A DNA stretch of 64,000 bases, taken from NCBI GenBank assembly GCA_951406725.2, contig OX597815.1:166966001-167030000 (forward strand), in the 5' to 3' direction. Below, in pieces: positions 26,901-40,454 of this stretch. A model generated the notes under the pieces. The model was not told where the DNA came from, searched no databases, and saw only the letters and a list, made by a program, of their open reading frames with translations. Origin of the DNA: Octopus vulgaris. Taxonomy: Eukaryota. Position numbers and translations under genes: made by a program. Positions within the stretch are counted from its first letter, which is position 1. Each line of letters begins with the position of its first letter.

Positions 26901-29900
26901 TGATAACATGCAGAAGAGGATATTCGGTACAAGCTGGAGTTTATTTTTTGTCAAATATACGAGGACAATAGTTCGTTTCCGACATTTTATGTTTCAGTTC
27001 GGGGCTCTAAAAATAATGATGACGGCCACAAAAAACAACGAAAAAAGATATTCTTCTATTACGCACAAAAATTCAACAAGCAAATATTTGCGACCAAAAA
27101 AAAAAAAAAAAACTCTTCTGTCACATGACATATACATAGAAGATAGGAGCATAGTGAAATTTTCTAAAATAACATTATTAGCTATGATAAGAGCATACAC
27201 GATCTTCGTCGATGTCTTCTTTTATTTTGTGTCACTTGTTGCACAGAGAAGTTGAATATTAGTGAGGTTCAATAAAGAGGTTCAATATGATGGAATCGTT
27301 TGACCAAGAAGGATGCTATTCTTCACGACCACGTATCAGAAGTGAGAGCGAAAAAAGTATGTTTATCTTGCTTGTTAGGGAACTGAGAGATTTTATTGTA
27401 TCAACGTAGCATCAAAACAATAATTACATGTAGCAAAGGATAATTTATGGAAGTGCATTACTTCAATTGGCCGAGTTAAAGCGTACGAATTGACTTGTGT
27501 AGATTTTAGTAATGAGGTCGAAATAAGGAAACAAGTCGAGTAGGTGTGATACAGTTCTCAGTTCTGCCCAAATATGTGCCTTAATCCTTGGAGAGACGAG
27601 ACACGAGGGTCACAGTCAGCATAGGTACCGATGTTAACATTTGGCCCGCAGCTACTTTCGTGGCACATATGGATAAATAGTATGTGTTATGGTCCGAAAA
27701 AAATGGCCTGCTTTCGGATGGAGTCTCAATAGACATAGAAGATCCTATGACCTCCGAAGACTACAAAACTATTTCGAATGAAGTCGAATTGCTATAACTC
27801 TGATAGGAAAAACTACTTGAGGACCTTCTGTCCGAAGGAACAGCAGATGCAGAAATAGAGCAGTTGCAGACGCAACGACAAACCCCAGAAGATGCTTCTT
27901 TTCTCACTATTTTCAGTGCCAAGAGCGGTGCAGATATCCGAAGGACACCTTTCTCCGATCAAGGATGACAATGAGGTAGAAAAACAGGAGGAATGTTGAA
28001 AAAAAGCAGTAATAACAATAGTCACTAGCGATTCTAGCTCCAAGAGAAGTCAAAGAATCTTTCTTGGCCTTGTTCCGAGAAGCCGATGACCGAAAGTCTT
28101 CCTATTTCTCAAACAATACCATCAATCCATCATAAACAAAATGGAGCAAATGGAGGAGCCGGCAGAAATGGCAGGGCGAACTCGACCTAATAGTGTGAAA
28201 ACACATGCAAAAGTCAACATGTAATCCAAAGATGCTCGGAAGACAAATCGGTTTCTCGTGAATAAATTAACGCTTAATGGGTGCAAAGATTATAGTCTGT
28301 TATTTTATGAAAAAATCAAATGAAGGTCAGAATGCAGGAGATATCGTTGTGTGACATAATTTTAGTAAAAACCAGAAAAGAAACATAAACATACACAAAC
28401 GCTGAAGACGTGTTTTTATTTTTCCTCATCCCACGCAGGGAATGCTATTGAATGCTTTTGGGTGCATCAAATCTCCGTATGAAGTGACAAGTGGGCAGAA
28501 ATGAGAGGGGGAGGTCTCTAACCAAACCTATGCTGTAGGTTCTCATTCATATGTGGGTGGTCTTAAATGTTTCTGTTTGTACTTTTTAAAAATATCTGTT
28601 TTATATTTATTGTTTTCTTTATATTTATTATATATTTATATTTATTTTTACACAAATGTTTAAAGCGACTTCTTTGTATAACGTCCCTGACCGCCCTCGT
28701 TTTTACATAACTTTTTCTTTTTCTTTTGTTTCGTTCTGTTTTAATGTTTCAAGTAAGGTTCCAAGTAGTTGTATGCATGAATGAAATTGAATGTTATTGC
28801 CCTCAGTGGTTAAATAGATGGATCGGTTTAGGTCGGTAGATTTGTAGAAGCGGTAAAACGGCGAATAGAATTCTTTGCTTATTTGTTCCGGTTCTTCAGG
28901 TCTGAGTAGGAAAAGCATTGCAGTCGACTTTCCTTTTCATCTATATGGGATCGAAAAAATAGTACCAGTTAAGTACTAACGTTGATTTAATCGTTTATGA
29001 CCCTCCCCTAAATTTCTAAAGTAATTGTTAGAATCTAGGACAAACTGCTTTTAAGTTCGGAGTTCAGTTCCTGCTGAGATCAGCATGTCTTTCATCCTTC
29101 TGGAGTAAGAATACATTACTAGACAAATACTGTAGTTGATATAATCGGCTGTTCCTTATCCCGAAATTTCTGGCTTGTGACTATAAGAAATTTCAATTAT
29201 TATAATTTTTCTTTGTTTTTTTTCTTTGTCTCTTCAAACAATAATCTGGAGTTGTGTACCTGGGACTGATGTTTATGAAAATAGAAGTTGTTTGAAAGGT
29301 TGAAAATAGTATCAGTATAATTCGTAACAAAATTAAAACAAGAAATGCGGAGAAGGATGCTTGTACTATAACTCCCAGTGGTTTAATCAACCCGAAGTAC
29401 AATATTGCGTCGATTCACCAGATTAGCCTCTCACATTACATGTATCCGATTTTGTGCCAATGTTCGATAAAAAAAAAAAACGTGATGTATATTCGTTCAT
29501 AAAACATTCCAACAGACTTTGTCGTGAACATAGCTTTTATGAGAACAACTTCATTCTCTAGACCCATTTGAATTACCCTCAGGTACTAAATCTTTCGCTA
29601 TGATTATTGCATCATCGCTATATCATGGTTTCGATTCTCAGACCGGTACCGTGTTGTGTTCCTGAGAAAAATGCTTCATTTCACATTGCTCCGTGGCTGG
29701 GACAGTGATAAATTCTTGCTACGTTGGCAGACATATATTACAGTATATTTTCTGGCTCTCTACATTCTGAGATCAAACTCCACTTCTCTGGAGAAAGTAA
29801 CGGAACATATGTCGGAAGCATAAAGATTTGAATAACCCCTGCGTTTGAATCCATTTCTTAATTTATCTATTTTATACAAAAACATTTCACTTAACCCTGA

Positions 29901-30522
29901 AATTTCTACCTTTATAAGAGTAAGCTGTAATATCCTTGGCACTTATTTGAATTTTTACTAACCTGGTAATTATATATTTATTTTTCTGTGTTATTTGTAT
30001 ACATTGAAACAATCCACATGCATTTATATAATGAGTGTATGTGTTTTGAAATATATGCATGTTTATTTTGTCTCTTCCACCCCTCTCTTTTGTCTCTTCT
30101 CTCTCTCTTTACTTCTCTCCATATATAAGCGTGTGTATACGCTTATATATATATATGTGTGTGCGTGTGTGTGTGTTGTGTGTGTGTGTGTGTATTCATA
30201 TTTATTTGTATATATTTATATATAAAGGTGTAGATGGGTTTCTATGTTGTGTGTGTACTTGATTTATTCCAAATCAATACTCTGTATGAAAAGCATATTG
30301 ATGTGTGGGTGATGCGAGTGTGAGATTCTTCAAAGTTCAAATTTCATCTGTGGATATTTCATGAACTCAGTTGACTTCCTATAAAAGTTTATTGATGAAC
30401 ATTACAATTTCTTGGTATTAGATTGAATTCACGAAGAAATGTTTTTCTATAATGATTGAGCCACGATATATCTTTACTGTAATGATTACTTTTTCCTCGC
30501 CTGGTCAACGTAATTTTGTCTT

Positions 30523-30890
30523 AAGGCGGCGAGCTGGCAGAAACGTTAGAGTGCCGGGCGAAATGCTTAGCGGTATTTCGTCTGCCGTTACGTTCTGAGT
30601 TCAAATTCCACCAAGGTCGACTTTGGCTTTCATCCTTTCGGGGTCGATAAATTAAGTAGCAGTTATACACTGAGGTCGATATAATCGACTTAATCCATCT
30701 GTCTGTCCTTTGTGTTAAGCCCCTTGTGAGTAGTAAAGAAATATTTTGTCTCTCTTTATATTCTGAGTTCGACTTTGCTTTTCATCCTTTCAGGGTCGAT
30801 AAATTAAGTACCAGTTGCGTAATGGTGTCGATATAATCGACTGACCCCCTCCATCAAAATTTCAAGCCTTTTGCCTACCCTAGAAAATAA
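30523..30890 (+). mobile_element. SINE family 1 dimer
   Basis: Full copy followed by a second partial body. Confidence 0.8.
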
Positions 30891-31101
30891 CGTAATTTTG
30901 TCTTGTTCCGTTCTTCCATACACTGCAAATATCAAAGGTGAAGTTTATTTATATATTTAGAGTTGAACTATTCAGGTAACCACGATGTTCTGATGAACCA
31001 CCTGTCTTTTTATGCATTATTTTATGAATATGTGAATTATTAGAGGCGTAGGCGTGGCTGTGTGGTAAAAAGCATGCCTCCCAACCACGCATACATGTAT
31101 A

Positions 31102-31170
<69 letters not shown>

Positions 31171-31237
31171 GTATATATATATATGTATATATATATATGT
31201 ATATATATATATGTATATATATATATGTATATATATG

Positions 31238-31276
<39 letters not shown>

Positions 31277-31353
31277 GTATATATGTATATATATATATGT
31301 AGATATGTATATATATGTGTGTATGTATATATGTATATATATATATGTAGATA

Positions 31354-31759
31354 TACTCTTTTACTCTTTTACTTGTTTCAGTCATTTGACTGCGGCCATG
31401 CCGGAGCATCGCCTTAATCGAGCAACTCGACCCCGGGACTTATTCTTTTGTAAGCCCAGTACTTATTTTATCGGTCTCTTTTGCCGAACCGCTAAGTAAC
31501 GGGGATATAAACACACCAGCATCGGTTGTCAAGCAATGCTAGGGGAACAAATACAGACACACAAACACACACACGCATATATATATACATATATACGACG
31601 GGCTTCTTCCAGTTTCCATCTACCAAATCCATTCACAAGGCTTTGGTCGGCCCGGGGCTATAGCAGAAGACACTTGCCCAAGGTGCCACGCAGTGGGACT
31701 GAACCCGGAACCATGTGGTTGGCAAACAAGCTACTTACCATACAGCCACTCCTGCGCCT
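31354..31759 (-). mobile_element. SINE family 2 (tRNA head, CORE-like middle, LINE-derived tail)
   Basis: Minus strand: aggcgcaggagtggctgtatggtaagtagc...accttgggcaagtgtcttc...gcatggccgcagtcaaatgactgaaacaagtaaaagag. Confidence 0.85.
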
Positions 31760-31903
31760 ATGTTTATTTTATTACTAAATACATAATTCATTTAATGGAT
31801 ATAGATTAAAAGATAGTTACTTAATTTTTTTTTGTTATTGTTGTGGATGATATTGTTATTATCATTATGCTTATTATATGTCTACTAAAATTAATAGTAT
31901 TCA

Positions 31904-31946
<43 letters not shown>

Positions 31947-33426
31947 TAATAATTTTAGTAACGTTAAATAAATAACTTTGAAAATGTAGTAAAAATTTTA
32001 ATGTACTATTTATTTATAATGATAATATGCACTGTATTTATTCAATTAATGAGCGAAGTATTTGATCTAAATATAAATTACTTTAATTTATTATTTTAGC
32101 ATTTGTTTTGAATATTAATATGATATATAATATATATTTCTTATAAACGACAGTTAAGTTTATAAGTTTGTAATAAATTTTATATTTTGTAATAAATTTT
32201 TTATATATTAATCAAAATGTATATTATATATTCCGAACTAGATTTATTTAGATGTTTATTTAATTAATTAATATTATTTATTACTAAATATTAATTACAT
32301 TATAGTTTTAAATTAACTTAAGTTTATTAATTATTAGTTATAATATAGATACTGATTGAATTAGTACTGAGTTAATATAGAATGTGTCTAAAAGTTGTTT
32401 TATTTAAATAAAGGTTTGTATATACATACATATATACATATATATTGGTATATGTATATATATTACTACTTATATATACACATATATAAATATATATTGG
32501 TATATGTATATATATTTCTATCTAGATATACACACACACACATATATATATATATAGCGGTTCGGCAAAAGAGACCGATAAAATAAGTACTGGGCTTACA
32601 AAGAATAAGTCCCGGGGTCGATTTGCTCGACTAAAGGCGGTGCTCCAGCATGGCCGCAGTCAAATAAGTGAAACAAGTAAAAGAGTAAAAAGAGTAAAGA
32701 GAGTATCTAAATATAATCTAACTTTATTTTAAAAAACCCTTTACTAACTGTTATTGACTTATACTCAAACCCCCTACAGAAGTGCAGTCACAACACTACT
32801 ATAATTAATTAATTAATTTATTTAATTATTCATTTATTCATTTAATAATAAATATTAATTTAGACTTATTAAATTATGTAATATAAAATATAAAATCATT
32901 AGAAAAAAATATAACTACAAATTAGAAACAAAAATAGGGTTTAAGTATAGTCGCTATTTATCTAAAAATTATTATATAAGTAAAGTAATTTGTGTCTACA
33001 TTTAATTTTACGGTCGTTCAATGAATTAACTAATTTATTATGATTATAAAAAATATGTTCTTAAATTCAATAGAACATAAGAAACAAGAATTACTACCTA
33101 TACTATATGATTTCGCCTCGCAAATTATCTCCCACTTTAAATTATACTTAATTCGTTGGGATTTAAGTGCGCATATGTATTTGCTAAGCCCAATAGCGTT
33201 CATACGATTTCTATTCTAGCAGGTAGATACTTGTTAAGCATCATTACGCTCCGTGCAAATTTATGACTCATAGCTATATAATACTATTGCGCCTACGATC
33301 CACGTATGTCACTGCTGGTGATATCAATTTTAAAATTTATCCACAGATGATATGAACAGTAGTGACATCTGATTTCAAATCTCAGTGTTTGAATGTTTTG
33401 CTTATACATGCATGCGCGCGCGTGCA

Positions 33427-33465
<39 letters not shown>

Positions 33466-33475
33466 ATATATATCA

Positions 33476-34190
33476 AAGTAAATTTAGAGACAGAACCACC
33501 ATCAACTCAACGCTGAAAGATTTTATACCCGACCACTGCATAAAATGTTAAAAATTAAATCTTATACTAACTATATCTATTCTGAATCCTTTATTTTCCG
33601 TTTATAAGACTACACGTGTTTCATGAAAGTACGTATTGATTAGATACAAGGTATCTAGTTCCAATACTTACTCGGGTCGACATGCTCTCAATCTTTAGGT
33701 CTGGATTCCTCAACATTTTTACTACAACATTTATACACTTCCATGATACTCTATATCTTCAATATAATCTTACTTAACATGTACAAATGAAAATAAATAC
33801 AAATAATAAATAAAAATAATAACTGAATATTAAAAATTTAAGGAGTAAAAATTTAAGGAATAAAAATTTAAGGAATAAAAACTCAAGGAATAAACATTTA
33901 AGGAAAAAAATTTAAAGAGAAACAAATACGAGAAAAAATCACGAATAAAGATTCCGAATAACGAATAAAGAATTGTGAATAAACAAATAAGAAATAAAAA
34001 TGAAATAATAATGAAATATCAATGAAATAATAATGAAATAAAATTAGAGACGAAAATAAAACGAATGTTAACTTATCTTTTCTTTCCTCGACGAAAATTA
34101 GACAAAGCTACATCTTGCAAATAAGCTAAAATCCGCGTTTGATAATACCTATGGATAGGAGGTACTACAAATAAATGTCAGTCATGTATG
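33476..34190 (-). mobile_element. Penelope-like 3' end carrying a hammerhead with extended stem II
   Basis: HHR motif at 33607-33702; ends at a microsatellite; A-rich short-period repeats at 33830-33910. The far boundary is approximate. Confidence 0.55.
33607..33702 (-). ncRNA. Type I hammerhead motif with G5>A lesion
   Basis: AGAC-CTAAAGA-T-TGAGAG...CTTTCA-T-GAAA-CACGTG-TA-GTCT; stem I AGAC/GTCT; palindromic stem III ACACGTGT. Confidence 0.7.
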
Positions 34191-35833
34191 TTCCAACGGG
34201 ATGGTAAAGACACTTTTGAACTAACTGGTCATTCAGTATCTTACTGATCTTAGTTGGACTGTCCGTGAGGGAGTCATCCTTTTGGAAGAGGGATCCTATC
34301 TTGCAGTGTACTGAGGCTATTTCTTTCGCGTAAGGAACGGCCTTTGGGTTTGACTTAATGTTTTTTATTACCCAGACTTCTTTGCTTTCTTTCTCACATA
34401 GGATTGTTGCAACCTTTTTTCTATCTTCATCAGTGTTGCTTTTAGTTGGGACCTTTCGCTACTTTTGGGATATTGGTTGAGTCGATTTGCAACCTTCGTC
34501 CGTCGTCTCATGAGGATTTTCATCTCTCTTGGAATTTTGTGCCTATTTGTTTTGCCCTTGTGCTCTGGGACATATCTCTGGCATATGGCTTGCACAACAG
34601 ACATGAAACATTCTAGTTTCATGTTAATGTCTGGTGTGGAGAAACATTTCAGCCAGTCCTCTCTGAAGATCTATTTTTGAATCGATTTCCAGTCTGCTTT
34701 GTGGAAGTTCAGATAGGAGAGATTTCGGGTGCTTCCTTTAGGCTGTATGTCTCTGGTTACTTTCGGCCCAAACATAGACAGCTATATTATGTTGTGATCC
34801 GAGACTAATGTCGGCGTCACTTTCACATCATGAATGATGTCCATATTGTTTGTGAAGCAGAGATCCAGAATATTTATTATTCGACCTAGTTGGTCTGAGT
34901 ACAGCTTGCTCCATGAATAGGGCATTGGTGACGTTGAGCAGGGACTCCACCTATGCTTGCTTGCAATGAGTCATTCCTGAGAGTATGAGACCTTCGTGCC
35001 ATTTGATGTTGGGGAAGTTGAAATCACCCATAAGAAATATGGTCACGTGGTGTTCCAGTTTCATAAGGATTTCTTTAATTCTTGTGAGGCAATCTTGAAA
35101 CTTGCCTATGTGGTTTGGAGCATCCGGTGGGCAATATGTATTGCATATGACTATATTATATTGTCCTATGTATACAATTAGAGTGTCACATACCGAATTT
35201 GAGCATGACAGTAAGACCTGGGGTGTGAGGTCATCATGGATGTAAACAGCAACTCCTTTCCCTTCTGTCTGTTCTTAGTATGGCATAGTTTGGCACGTGT
35301 ATAACTGCATTCTCTATATCAGAGCTGAGGTGAGTTTCCATGAGTGCAATGCATAGGGCTTCATTGCATGCAGTAAGATCTCTCAGGAAAGAAATTCTGC
35401 TTTTATTAGGATGCAACAGGCCTCCAATATTTAGTAAAAGTATTGGGGTGACGACTGTGCAGGCGTTGCGGGAGGCCATCCCGTGTCAGTTGACTGTGGT
35501 GGTTTTGTATAGTGGTGGGCAAGGTTCCTTCTTTGTGCTTGGTGTAGCCAGGTCAGCAGCTGCGCAATCTTTTGCGCCATGTACAAAAAGACACTTGCTC
35601 AGCTGCTGCATTGCGCATATGACGAGCAAACGTCTTTTGTAAATTTTTTCCTTTGATTCATCTGTTGTCTTTCCTCAGGGGAGTTTTTCTCCTTAAGGCT
35701 CCTGTGGTTTTGGCGAGCTGTTGGATGGGCAAACCGGCAGTTTTTGCCCTCTTCCCCATGCCATTTGCCTTGCAGATAAAATTTACAAGTTCATGAGTGG
35801 CTTCCAAATTTCATCTTTCCTGTAGGGTTTTGG
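34190..35833 (-). pseudogene. 5' portion of a CR1/L2-group LINE: CCCH-like ORF1 remnant plus APE endonuclease, decayed
   Basis: LLLNIGGL..CIALMETHL..VPNYAILRTDR (35234-35479); GDFNFP, LDLCFTN and SDHN motifs downstream; CKFYLQGKWHGEEGKNCRFAHP at 35722-35787. Confidence 0.85.
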
Positions 35834-35854
35834 ATATATATATATATATGTTGG

Positions 35855-36530
35855 TATAAAATTAAATTTAGGGTAAAAATTGATATTTATCAATTAGAAC
35901 CAGTGGTCTAGCATATTAAAGAAAGAATCCGAAGATTAAAATATTTATATATACCAATTAAGGACTGCACACGAAAAGTGGACAGTCAACATGCTAGATA
36001 TAGACGTCAAATCGCCATTCTCCACAAAAAGTTTATGTTCTCAGATCAAACTCAACAAAACCAAAGCAATAAACAAGTGAAAAATATACGAAATAAATAT
36101 TTACCCATGTACTAAATTTAGTTTCAGCTGTTATTTTCCGCAAGGAAAAGTGCAGCATCATCAGCATGGTCCCATATAAAATGTAATTTGCTGGACAAAA
36201 TGCCAACACGACACCAAAATATCGCGTGCATGGAATCCGGCCTATTACATTTGAAATATATATTTCAAATGCCTTTGCTTTTGGCGCGATGAGACCCGGG
36301 AAAACTAGCCTGCAGCTAATAGTTAGCAGCAGTTAATTTATCGGTTAGAGAACAAATATTTATAAAATTAAATTTAGGGTAAAAATTGATATTTATCAAT
36401 TAGAACCAGTGGTCTAGCATATTAAAGAAAGAATCCGAAGATTTCTTCGGATTCTTTCTTTAATATGCTAGACCACATTAAATTTTACCCTAAATTTAAT
36501 TTTATAAATATTTGTTCTCTAACCAATAAT
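35855..36530 (-). mobile_element. Retrozyme/pLTR-like element: 506-bp unit with 83-bp terminal direct repeat, inverted tail and hammerhead
   Basis: 35855-35937 = 36361-36443; 36444-36524 is an inverted, internally deleted copy of 36343-36441; HHR at 36105-36169. Confidence 0.8.
36105..36169 (-). ncRNA. Type I hammerhead ribozyme (apparently intact)
   Basis: CCATG-CTGATGA-T-GCTG-cac-TTTTCC-ttgc-GGAAAA-taa-CAGC-T-GAAA-CTAAATTTAG-TA-CATGG: full core, stem I CCATG/CATGG, GUA cleavage triplet. Confidence 0.88.
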
Positions 36531-36604
36531 TGGTATATATATGTTGGTATATATATGTGTATATGGATATTGGTATGTATATATGTGTACATATATACAT
36601 ACAA

Positions 36605-36647
<43 letters not shown>

Positions 36648-37124
36648 AATCTTGTCCACACATTGAACGGACGCAACGCTTAGACAAATTACGGAAAGTA
36701 CACACATGATAGAAGATAAACTTAGCCTAAATAGAAAACTAGAATGGAACACTAGCATACATCCCCTGATGACAGAATAAGGTCCTCAGGAACTAATAAT
36801 ATGAAACAAATACAATAGATAGATAAATAAATGGAATTAAGTAATTAAACACATAAACAAAATACTGTAACTTAATAAGAAAATAAAAAGTAAACAGAGA
36901 AAAACAAATAAATATATAGTGATATAAATGTGTGGGTGTGTATTGGTATGTATATCTATATATACTATATATTTCTTTATTGCCCACAAAAAGGGACAAA
37001 CAGGGACAGACAAAGGGATCAATTCGATTATATATATATATAATTCCTCTGTATATATATTGTTGTATGTTGGCATATATATATATATTAGTGTATATTG
37101 GTATACGTGTGTATGTATACACAT

Positions 37125-37181
<57 letters not shown>

Positions 37182-37760
37182 AATTGTTGTATATTGGTAT
37201 GTATGTATAGATATGTTGGTGAATATTGGTATGTGCACACACACACACACTCAACACACACATACATACACACACACACACACACACATACATACACACA
37301 CACACATTTATATATATTCTGGATGCGTTTAGCATGGTGATTTGCATGAAGCAGACCAGCAATAGATTATACGCTATGTTTTAAAGATATAGTTGTACAA
37401 GATCTAACCATTGATGCTATTCACCTTCGAATATGTTGAACAGATATAAATAAATATCTTAACCATGTCATCGTAGTCTGAAAAAATGGGCTTGATCAAA
37501 TCAGTTCCATTCCTATTTGGGACTATTGAAAACAACTGTGCGCTAGTGATTTTTGAGTAGGAAGAAAAATGAAGATGAGCATTCATTAATTATATGGAAT
37601 GCAGTAAATCGGAATACTGATTGGCATAAATAGCTCTCTTCTGGCAAATTCGTCTACCAAAGAATTATTTATGCCCCAAGCTGCGTTTTTTAACGTAATT
37701 TTGAATGAACAACAGAGTATGTTCTTTTCGTGTATCAAACGTTTTAGCGTATCACTTATG

Positions 37761-37961
37761 TACTCTTTACTTGTTTCAGTCATTTGACTGTGGTCACGCT
37801 GGAGTACCGCCTTTAGTCAAGCAAATTGACCCCAGCACTTATTCTTTGTAAGCCTAGTACTTATTCTCTCGGTCTTTTTGCCGAACCGCTAAGTTACGGG
37901 GACCTAAACACACCAGCATCTGTTGTCCAGCGATGTTGGGGGGACAAACACAGACACACAA

Positions 37962-37992
<31 letters not shown>

Positions 37993-38152
37993 TATATATG
38001 CATATACATATATACGACGGACTTCTTTCAGTTTCCGTCTACCAAATCCATTCACAAGGCTTTGGTTGGCCCGAGTCTATAGTAGAAGACACTGAACCTG
38101 GAACCACGTGGTTCGTAAGCAAGCTACTTACCACACAGCCACTCCTACGCCT
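37761..38152 (-). mobile_element. SINE family 2
   Basis: Matches 31354-31759 with a small internal deletion. Confidence 0.85.
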
Positions 38153-38485
38153 ATGTATTAATTATTTAGTTTTATGTTTAGTAAAAGAAAAAGAGATCAA
38201 TTAATTCAGATCAAAACAATTCAACAGCGAAGTGCCCTGAAATTAATTTCGTACTTCCTAGACTATTTAACCATTAAAACCACTACGTCAGTAAATATTT
38301 CGTGCCATATGAAGAGTATTCTAAGTTGTATTACCAGAAGAATTTGTGCTTTATGAAAGCACGGACTTGTATAATATAATTTACGAGTTTTCAAATTAAA
38401 ACAGCTACGGAAATATATGTAGTAATACCCCAAACGAAATATTCATTTCATCCTTACTACTTACATATATATATATTTATATATA

Positions 38486-38939
38486 CGAGTAAAACGCCCC
38501 CGTCCAATGGACGGTGCTGAGTTGTTAAACAGTTAAACTAAATTTTCTCAAAACAACTCGTCCGACCGTCCCATAGGCCTTCATTTGAGAAACACTGATT
38601 TAACCTAAATTTGAGACACCAGCAAAAGAAGAAATAAAGATATACTTTTTTCTATTCCAAAGAAAAACGATATTATTCACACAAATATGCAACCGAAGAG
38701 TTTAAAGTACCAGTAAGTACATCGCAACAGCTGATGTACATGCTCGTACAAATGCACGTTCCCACGGCTTTATCGATCGCATTCTCACCTGGAATCGATT
38801 TTTGTATTTTTTTCAAAACTTATACATGCCCTGAAACCGTCGGTATCTACATATCAAATTTGAGCGCAATCGAATGGAGGATGCCCGATATCCCAGAAGA
38901 CACACACACAGACAGACAGAACGGATTTTATATAATAGA
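38486..38939 (-). mobile_element. Non-autonomous Helitron
   Basis: Minus strand begins TCTATTATATAAAATCCGTTCTGTCTGTC; ends with hairpin CCGTCCATTGGACGG then CTCG (degenerate CTAG). Confidence 0.75.
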
Positions 38940-39901
38940 TTGTGTGTGTGTGTGTATGTGTCTGTGTGACTGAGGATGTTAGACAGAAACAACTACATTG
39001 CAAGAAGAAAGAGCTAAACACTCTAATGGACATAATTGTATAGGCACATGCTGACAGACTCCGTAAAAGCCCGAAAAGCAGCGGTCGTGACATTCCCAGA
39101 CTGATCGGTCAGTTTCGGCTTTTTTTTTTTGCCGTAGCCCTTTCAATGGGATCGATATAAAACAAAAGTCCAAGAGACGTTTGCGGCAAATATTACTTTG
39201 TTTACGATGACAGACGAGAAGAATTTAGAGTAAAAATATAACATTGCAGAAATAATCTTAATGAAAGACAAGGAAGAGAGGAAAAGGAGGTAGAAAAGAG
39301 TGAAGCGAATCATAAAAAAACGCACGTTGTTGTCTATGCATCTGTGCGTGTGTGTACGCGCGCGCGTAATATGTTTATGCGTGTGTAAAGTCACGTGGTT
39401 TCCTGGTTAGGCTGTTGGACTTATGACCATTAGGTTGTAGGATCAATTGCTATACTGGACTTCGCGTGATGTCCTTGCACAAGAAACATCGTTTCACATT
39501 GCTTCCGTTTACTCGGTGGTATGCAACAGACAGCCGAGTGCTAAAGCCGCACTTTGTCCCTTCAAGTGTCACATAATTAATGTCCAGCTAGCTTAAATTT
39601 GGGATAATCAAGTGTGTTTCTACCTGTTCGTTACACTATAACCACCTAAAAGTATTAGCAAAAGTATGATTTAAGCTATCAGTTTATTCTCGCTTGCAAG
39701 TGACGTCTAAGATTAGATGTATGTATGTATGTATGTATGTATGCATGGCTCTATGTATGTATATATGTGCGTGTATGTATATATATATATATAAATACAT
39801 ATACATGCATGGATATATATATATTTACATGCATGCATAAGTGTATATATATTTATATGCATACATATGTATCATGCATATCTGTGTGTGTATGTATGTG
39901 T

Positions 39902-39933
<32 letters not shown>

Positions 39934-40454
39934 ACGTGTATATGTGCGTGGATAGTCAAGGACTACACTTAAAAACTCTTCTTGTAAACATTGTTGTTAT
40001 TGTTATAACTTAGCTCCAGCCAATAAAGGAATATAATTTATAAAGTACAAACAAAATATTGTATTCTTTAGTCTCTTTCAGGTCCTTAAACTGTTTGAAC
40101 TTATCTTGTAGATGAGCGTTGCAAGTGGATTTGGCGGAAGTTTCAAGTAATATCACAAGAGGGCAATGTTACTCTACAAAAAAAATTATATGATGCGGAA
40201 AATCATTTAAAAAATTTTAATAACTGAACTTTTCTTAAAATCTCATAGTTGGCTAGTTCGAGCATCGGAATAAATTCCTCACCATATTTCTTCAAGTTAT
40301 TTACATCTGAGTTCAAATATCGGCGAGTTCCACTTTGCCATTTATTCCTTTGCAGTTGATGAAATAAAATATCAGCCAAGAACTGATGTTGGTGAAATCG
40401 ATTATATTCCTTCCATTAAAATTACTGTCTTGCGTAAATCAGAAACCATTATTT

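Noticed and set aside
27560-28210. GC-richer segment with a possible decayed zinc knuckle (YFQCQER) of a retroelement ORF1
   Set aside because: Too degenerate to assign without a database search.
36763-36812. CTGATGA...GAAA spacing resembling a hammerhead
   Set aside because: No stem III, NUH triplet or stem I partner could be formed.
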